Source: an uncultured bacterium (GTDB lineage Bacteria; Chlamydiota; Chlamydiia; Chlamydiales; SM23-39). From it: a stretch of DNA of 64,000 nucleotides. Each line of letters opens with the position of its first letter. Positions within the stretch are counted from its first letter, which is position 1. Below the pieces are notes generated by a model, which was given only the letters and a program-made list of their open reading frames with translations, searched no databases and had not been told where the DNA came from. Below, in pieces: positions 58,225 through 64,000 of the stretch. Where the stretch lies: NCBI GenBank assembly GCA_963716985.1, contig OY970323.1:544001-608000 (forward strand), given 5' to 3'. The position numbers were made by a program, and so were the translations under genes.

Positions 58225-59262
58225 ATGAAGTATTTTGTAGGTTTAGACGTTTCTATGAAAAACACATCTATCTGCATTGTAGACACAGAGGGAAAAATTG
58301 TCTACGAAACAACCGCGAGTACCGACCCGCATATTTTGGCAGATACAATTGAGAAAACGGGTTTCAAAAGTGAACTCGTAGGTTTCGAAAGCGGCTCTCT
58401 CAGTCATTACTTATTGCAAGGATTTCGAGAACGAGCTTTGAGTGCAGTTTGCATGGATGCAAGAAAAATGAGTGCCATTCTTTCTGTTCGTGTAAACAAG
58501 ACTGATAAGAATGATGCAAGGGGAATCGCCGATGCGCTCAGAACAGGAACGTTTTCTCGAGTACATGAAAAGCCACAGGAAGCTATCGATAGAGGCGCTA
58601 TTCTTTCTATGAGGCGATGTTTGGTGAGCCAACGTACTGATATCAAAAATCATATCCGAGGAATTTTGAAAACATACGGTATCCGTCTTGGTTCTGTTGG
58701 TCCTGCAAAATTCACAGAAACAGTAAAGCAACGCATTCAGCAGATAGATCCTTTGGTACAAAAGATAATGACAGGGTCGCTTGAAATTTTCGATCTACTC
58801 ACAAAACAGCTTTCTCGAATAGACCAAGAACTCTTGCAATTGGCCCGTGCAGATAACGAAGTGAAGCTCCTGATGACAGCTCATGGCGTAGGGCCAATTA
58901 TAGCACTGACTTATAAAGCTGAAATTCATGACGCCCATCGATTTTCCAATTCTCGTGCTGTCGGCGCATATCTTGGGATGACTCCGACACAATATTCTTC
59001 TGGAGAAACAAGTAAGCAAGGAAGAATCTCGAGATGCGGTTCCAGCGAGCTTCGATCACTGCTAACCGAAGCTGGGCTTGTGGTTCTTACGAGAAGCAAA
59101 AAATGGAGCAAGCTCAAGGCATGGGGGCTTAAAATCATGAGAAAAAAAGGTATTAAAAAAGCATCCTTGGCTGTTGGGCGAAAATTAGCAGTTATCATGC
59201 ATCGAATGTTGATAGAGAAAAAAGAATTTATATGGGGAGAACCGCCCAGTAAAGCAGCGTAA
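58225..59262 (+). CDS. IS110-family DEDD recombinase/transposase
   Basis: GLDVS, GFESG, KTDKNDA (DEDD); C-terminal YSSG serine motif; AGGAG RBS. Confidence 0.96.
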   Translation: MKYFVGLDVSMKNTSICIVDTEGKIVYETTASTDPHILADTIEKTGFKSELVGFESGSLSHYLLQGFRERALSAVCMDARKMSAILSVRVNKTDKNDARGIADALRTGTFSRVHEKPQEAIDRGAILSMRRCLVSQRTDIKNHIRGILKTYGIRLGSVGPAKFTETVKQRIQQIDPLVQKIMTGSLEIFDLLTKQLSRIDQELLQLARADNEVKLLMTAHGVGPIIALTYKAEIHDAHRFSNSRAVGAYLGMTPTQYSSGETSKQGRISRCGSSELRSLLTEAGLVVLTRSKKWSKLKAWGLKIMRKKGIKKASLAVGRKLAVIMHRMLIEKKEFIWGEPPSKAA

Positions 59263-59703
59263 ACTGTTCTTCACTTGAGCAATATTGGTGGATCGCATTG
59301 GAGCGGTCGAGATAGAGAGTAAAAATCATGAGTCAATATACAGGAACACCGAAGAAGTGGGCAAATACGTTGCAAAGTTGGCACATAGATGCCGTTCTCG
59401 ACATTGTATTGTCCATTTCATTCGGATTTCATGGTGGGGCGAGGAGAGAAAATGTACTCCTCAAAAAAAGACCCCGGAGAGAACGGTGGATTCTTCCTGT
59501 TGTTTGGACAAAAATGAAAACTTTTTATCCCGGCGTCTGTGCTCGTTTTTTATCCGGTCCCCAAGGCTTCGCTCACAAGTGAGGAACCGGAAAAAAAACT
59601 CCGCTAGCCGCCTTGAAGGGAAAGAACATTAAATAAGACCTTGAAAGTGTGTGATTTAAGCCTGCTTTTGAGCAAAGGATTATAAAATGACATAAGAGCA
59701 CTC
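59263..59703 (+). ncRNA. Putative bridge/seekRNA region (exact ends unknown)
   Basis: Stem-loop 59354-59419 whose internal loop carries GTTGCAAAGT and TCTCGAC, matching the two halves of the target site. Confidence 0.75.
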
Positions 59704-59844
59704 TTGCGCGCAATTAGAGAACTTTGTACATTTTTCGATCTGATAGCCCAAAGTCATTTGCTTCAATCTGTAAAATAAAAAGTTGATAGAGAGCGCCTCT
59801 TCGCGCATACTATTTGGTTCACTAAAACAAAATGGTAGGCTCTC

Positions 59845-61404
59845 ATGGACTCTCTATCGTCAAACATTTTAGCAGTACTCATCCCTTTTTCAGTACTTTT
59901 TTCAAATCCTTCTTGGAAAAAAGCTCTGACCTTATTACTTGGCACGCTTTTATGCACTGGCAAGAGAACCGTGTGCGCGGCTCTGCGCGCAATGGGTCTT
60001 GAGCATCAGGCGGGTTTTTCAAAGTACCATCACCTTTTAAACCGGGCGGAATGGTCGTCACTCAAGGCAGCGAAAATCCTATTCTTTATGTTGCTTATCT
60101 TTGTCTCCGATCAGCATCCTTTGGTTCTGCTCATTGACGAGACATTGGAGCGCAGGCGTGGCAAGAAGATAAAAGCAAAGGGCTATTATCGAGATGCGGT
60201 TCGATCGTCACAGTCTCGAGTGGTCAAAGCCATGGGTTTGAAGTGGCAGGTTATGGCGCTCTCTGTGAAATTGCCGTTTATGTCGAGAGCACTTGCATTG
60301 CCTTTTTTGAGTGCACTGGAGCCTTCTAAAAAATGTGATGAAGCGAAGAAACGTCGGCACAAAACCTCATTAAAATGGGCGAGTCAGATGGTCTTACAGG
60401 TGCGTCGATGGGTAGGTAAGGCGCGATCACTAATTCTTGTTGGCGATGGAGGATATGCTGCGGGACAGTTGGCTCTGAACTGTATCTGTTCTGGGGTGAC
60501 TCTTGTTTCGCGACTGAAAATGAATGCAGCCCTGTTCGATTTCCCGGCCAAAAAACGTCCCGGTCAAAGGGGACGTACAGCACAGAAGGGCGTCAAATTG
60601 CAAAATTTTAAACAGATGCTATCTCTGAAGGGATTGCCCTGGAAAGAAATGGAAGTAGTCGGTTACGGCGGAGAGAAACGGGTAGCTCGCGTGCTGTCTA
60701 ACACATGTATGTGGGGAGCCGATGGAGTGACTCCTATTCCCATCCGATGGACTTTGGTGGTGGATCCTACAGGAAAACTTGATCCTCTACCTCTTATGAG
60801 CACAGATCCACTCATGACGGCAGAACGTATGATAGAATTATTTATCGATCGCTGGGGACTTGAGGTCACATTCGAGGAAACACGTGAACATCTTGGCGTA
60901 GAGACCCAGCGGCAATGGTCGGATCGAGCAATAGCCCGATCGACTCCCATACTGATGGGGCTATATAGTTGTGTATGCCTAATGGCAAATCGATTGGGAC
61001 AGGTAAAGTTGCTGAAAGTAGAGGCAACTGCTTGGCACCAAAAAGAACAAGTCACATTTTCCGATATGTTGAGGGCTGTGCGCATGGTAATATGGAGGGA
61101 TAATTTAATTTCCGGGAAGACTAAAATCACCCCTTCCGTGGAAAATATTACTCCGGAAATGGTGGATTGGATGGATGATCCTAAAAACGGCAGTTGAACC
61201 GCTCCGCATGACCTGAAAATTGTAAATTTCTCTCTCAGAAATAAATTCTATCTTGAACTTTCACGCCCACCCAATAGGTGAGTGGATAAATTTGAGCAAT
61301 AACATTGATTTTTAGAGGAGAATCGCGAAAGTTTTGATTGTGCGGAGCGGTTCAACTGCCGTTTTTAGGATGATATAGTAAGGCGAGTGCTTCAGGCGGC
61401 CTGA
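59845..61404 (+). pseudogene. IS701-like DDE transposase with C-terminus truncated by a MITE (ORF 59845-61197)
   Basis: LIDETLERRRG, LVGDGGY, RWGLEVTFEETR. Removing the MITE restores ...DWMDDIVRRVLQAA* ending at 61404. Confidence 0.85.
61180..61369. mobile_element. 190-bp MITE
   Basis: Perfect 29-bp TIR CCTAAAAACGGCAGTTGAACCGCTCCGCA; 5-bp TSD ATGAT; no coding capacity. Confidence 0.9.
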
Positions 61405-61536
61405 GCTAAGCCGCTAAAAGTTGCAAAGTCGAGTTTATAATTTAATTTAAAAATGGAGGTATTTTATGCTTCAAATTCCTGGATATAGAGATCCTCTACT
61501 AGTGCTCTGTCATAGTTAAAATTTAGGATTATAAGT

Positions 61537-62508
61537 TTGGCAACGGTCGGCATAAACTCAAGTCAATTTATCCTAAAATTAAAGGGTGACAGAGCACTAG
61601 CCTATCAATCGCAATCTGTGGAAACGTTTCCTGAGAGAATTCATAGATATGCTATGATAACTAGGGCTATAGCAGGAGGAGCAGGAGCAGTAGCAGGAAT
61701 AGAAGCAGGAGTAGTAGTAGCAGTAGCAGGAATAGAAGCAGGAGTAGTAGTAGCAGTAGCAGGAATAGGAGCAGGAGTAGTAGTAGCAGTAGCAGGAGGA
61801 GTAATAGGAGCAGAAGTAGGAGTAGTAGCAGGAGCAGTAGCGGGAGGAGTAATAGGAGCAGTAGCAGGAATAGGAGCAGGAGTAGAAGTAGTAGGAGTAG
61901 TAGTAACAGGAGTAGTAGGAGCAGGAGTAGTAGCAGCAGTAGCAGGAGGAGTAATAGGAGCAGAAGTAGGAGTAGGAGTAGTAGTAGGAGTAGGAGTAGG
62001 AGCAGCAGCAGCAGTAGCAGGAGTAGGAGTAGCAAGAGCAGTAGCAGGAGGAGCAGTAGGAGCAGTAAGAGCGCCGAATGAAAAAAGAAAACAACAAGCT
62101 TTTTGCCGGGCTATTCTTTCGAACCATTTTCAAGCTTTATCCAATGCACAAAAAGCAGAAGATAAAGAAAACTTTTCTGTTATGATGGCAGAGGCCTTGG
62201 AGCGTATATCTCAAATCACGGTGCAGCAGCTTATTCTCTGTGAAACAGAGCCTACAGAAAGAAACATGCCACCGGCTCTTTATTCTATTATTTCCGAAGG
62301 GAATCGCTTAAGAGATATTCGCGAACATTTTCGAGGGCTTTCTGAAGGTCAAAAAAGGCAGTTGGATTTGCTTTCCGAAGAAGAGCCTCGAGATTCAGTC
62401 CTTTCAAGTCTAAGAAGAGATGGAAGATCTTTGGCAGGAAGTATTTTGGTAAGCAGAAGAATGAATCTTCTTTTTCAAGAATTTGCAGAAGCTGCGGCAG
62501 CGCTTTGA
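61537..62508 (+). CDS. Gly/Ala/Val-repeat membrane protein, paralog of 34159-35220; 5' end possibly frameshifted
   Basis: ~134-codon hydrophobic low-complexity tract; GGAGG plus ATG at 61466 lies in another frame. Confidence 0.6.
   Translation: MATVGINSSQFILKLKGDRALAYQSQSVETFPERIHRYAMITRAIAGGAGAVAGIEAGVVVAVAGIEAGVVVAVAGIGAGVVVAVAGGVIGAEVGVVAGAVAGGVIGAVAGIGAGVEVVGVVVTGVVGAGVVAAVAGGVIGAEVGVGVVVGVGVGAAAAVAGVGVARAVAGGAVGAVRAPNEKRKQQAFCRAILSNHFQALSNAQKAEDKENFSVMMAEALERISQITVQQLILCETEPTERNMPPALYSIISEGNRLRDIREHFRGLSEGQKRQLDLLSEEEPRDSVLSSLRRDGRSLAGSILVSRRMNLLFQEFAEAAAAL
61669..62070 (+). repeat. GNA-triplet low-complexity repeat (GCA/GGA/GTA/ATA/GAA)
   Basis: Almost every codon ends in A; higher-order 33-bp unit AGIEAGVVVAV occurs three times. 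Confidence 0.9.
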
Positions 62509-62761
62509 AGCCGCTGATAGTTCAAAAACTTTAAGCAACCGTTCAAGACTTCTTGTTTTTTCAGCACGTGAATTTCTTCGTGCATTATAGACAATTGAAT
62601 ACGCATTTTAGTCGCGTGTAAGATTTTCTCCAAAAAACAAAAGCAGGAGAAAAACGTTACGGCTAAACGAATCTCTAACTTTTTTTCAGCAATTTTTCTC
62701 TTGCTTTCCTTCCTTTGTTCCGCCATTTTAATCTGAATGTTTTTCAAAAGCGGACTCGTTT

Positions 62762-63013
62762 ATGACTCAAATATTCCTCCAGCTATCGAAAGAACAGAAA
62801 GATGCTTCCATGGAGTCCATTCAGAAGTATCTTTCAGAAAATTATGCAGCTTTTGTGCTCATTACCTGTTCGAAAGCTTCGCAAGAAGGGGACATGCAAG
62901 CGGAACTGCTTTACAATGGGGATCATGTGTTGATTTCTTATCTCATTGACAATGCGCAGCAGATCTTGGATGGGTCAAAAGATCAATGCGAAAATTCTTC
63001 CGAATCTCTCTAG
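62762..63013 (+). CDS. Small conserved hypothetical protein
   Basis: 83 aa; FVLITC...GDMQAELLYNGD...YLIDNAQ. Confidence 0.6.
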   Translation: MTQIFLQLSKEQKDASMESIQKYLSENYAAFVLITCSKASQEGDMQAELLYNGDHVLISYLIDNAQQILDGSKDQCENSSESL

Positions 63014-63116
63014 ACAGAAAAAATGACAAATCCGTTATATAAGGAATAAAGAGGGGGATTTACCCAATATTGGCGTTGGAGTATCCTGCTCTTGGGTTGT
63101 GCATGAGGAGTTCGTG

Positions 63117-64000
63117 GTGTTTTCGGTTCTTCGAGAGTTTTTCGTAAATGAAAAAAAAGAAGAGGATGCGCTTCTTTTTTGGGCTTTTTTGGGGCCGTTT
63201 TTTCTCCTATTCACCTTTGCCTTTTTAGGGGTTGCTTTTCCCGATCTTTGGGCAATGACTTTTTTGGGCCTTCTTCTTTGCTGGAAGTTGAAAAGACGCG
63301 GCTGTTTCATTGCTCTTTTCGCTCTGATCAGTTTAGCTTTGTATCAACACATGAGGATTGATCATCATCTATGGAGATTCGCAGTCGAGCTTTCACTCGG
63401 ACTCAACTTGGCAATAACGAATTTTTCACTAGAACATCTTTTTGCCCAGATCGCATCTCTAGGTAAGCATCGCGCCAATCTATTGCAGAATATCTCTTTT
63501 ATGGAAGAGGAGATGCGAAGAGCGGACAGCTTTCATCTGCAGCAGCAAAAAGGACTGCAAGAAACGATCGCTCTTCTGCAAAAAGACACGAGGGAAAAAA
63601 CGGAAAAAATCTCCTCTTTGGAACTTTTGATGCGCACGCTGAAAAGAGCTTTAATCGAAGAAAAAAGAGAAAGAGAAAACGTGCTGATCTCTGCTTTGGA
63701 AGCGGAAAGAAAAGCAGCTCTTTTATCTTATGAGCTGGAAGAACTAAAAAAAGAGGAAAAGATCCTAAAGGAAAAAAATCCCATCAAAGGCTTGATCGAC
63801 GATCTCAATGCGCTTCGTCAAAAGCAGTATCAAGCAGAGCTTCTTGAAAGGACAGGTGCACAAAAAATAGAAGAAAAAGAGGGGGAGATAGAAAACGATC
63901 AAAAAATATCGAAGGAAAAGATTCTTCTTCTCGAAAAGAGCTTGCAAGAGATGTGCATGAAGGCTGGAGCATTAGAAAAGTTGCTGCAAGAAAAGAGGAA
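63117..64000 (+). CDS. Membrane plus coiled-coil protein (runs off the window end)
   Basis: GAGGAG RBS, GTG start, about four TM helices then a long E/K-rich coiled coil; no stop seen before 64000. Confidence 0.7.
   Translation, partial: MFSVLREFFVNEKKEEDALLFWAFLGPFFLLFTFAFLGVAFPDLWAMTFLGLLLCWKLKRRGCFIALFALISLALYQHMRIDHHLWRFAVELSLGLNLAITNFSLEHLFAQIASLGKHRANLLQNISFMEEEMRRADSFHLQQQKGLQETIALLQKDTREKTEKISSLELLMRTLKRALIEEKRERENVLISALEAERKAALLSYELEELKKEEKILKEKNPIKGLIDDLNALRQKQYQAELLERTGAQKIEEKEGEIENDQKISKEKILLLEKSLQEMCMKAGALEKLLQEKR

Larger units (their letters stand above)
58121..59722 (+). mobile_element. IS110-family, IS1111-type element
   Basis: Sub-terminal IRs TAATTGCGCGCAA (58127-58139) / TTGCGCGCAATTA (59704-59716); long 3' non-coding region; AC core at both junctions. 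Confidence 0.9.
58115..61433 (+). mobile_element. IS701-like DDE element (~1.52 kb native) carrying two nested insertions
   Basis: Left end CTCG|ACTTTG split by the IS1111 element; right end CAAAGTCGAG; 5-bp TSD TTTAT at 58110-58114 and 61434-61438. Confidence 0.88.

Noticed and set aside
59285..59632. ORFs downstream of the IS110 recombinase
   Set aside because: No recognisable protein features; the region is better explained as the structured guide RNA.
61597..62133. Minus-strand poly-Leu and Tyr/Cys/Ser ORFs
   Set aside because: They are shadows of the GNA triplet repeat, which has no stops in those frames.

Overview
This 64-kb window looks like a chromosome segment from an environmental chlamydia (phylum Chlamydiota). 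The inference rests on an Npt1/Tlc nucleotide translocase and on gene blocks in chlamydial order: clpC-lplA-gcvH; dnaA-TPR-mraZ-rsmH-ftsL-ftsI-murE-amiA; lepA-npt1-dxr-rseP; hrcA-grpE-dnaK; P1B ATPase-VIT1-serS. Accessory DNA lies between the core blocks: a tail of polymorphic toxin/immunity cassettes (1-2782), putative host-directed effectors (F-box-membrane proteins, an F-box-LRR protein, a catalytically dead USP-like protein, Inc-like proteins), a yafQ toxin broken by one nonsense codon, tRNA-Arg(CCT) and many IS elements (IS50-like IS4, two ISL3, IS1202-type, an IS66 remnant, a MITE). The most notable structure is at 58110-61438. An IS1111-type (IS110 family) recombinase element has inserted exactly into the terminal inverted repeat of another IS. 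Its 3' non-coding region contains a readable bridge/seekRNA target-binding loop whose two guide segments match that IS end, and unoccupied copies of the same target occur elsewhere in the window. Family assignments are from motif recognition only; no searches were run.
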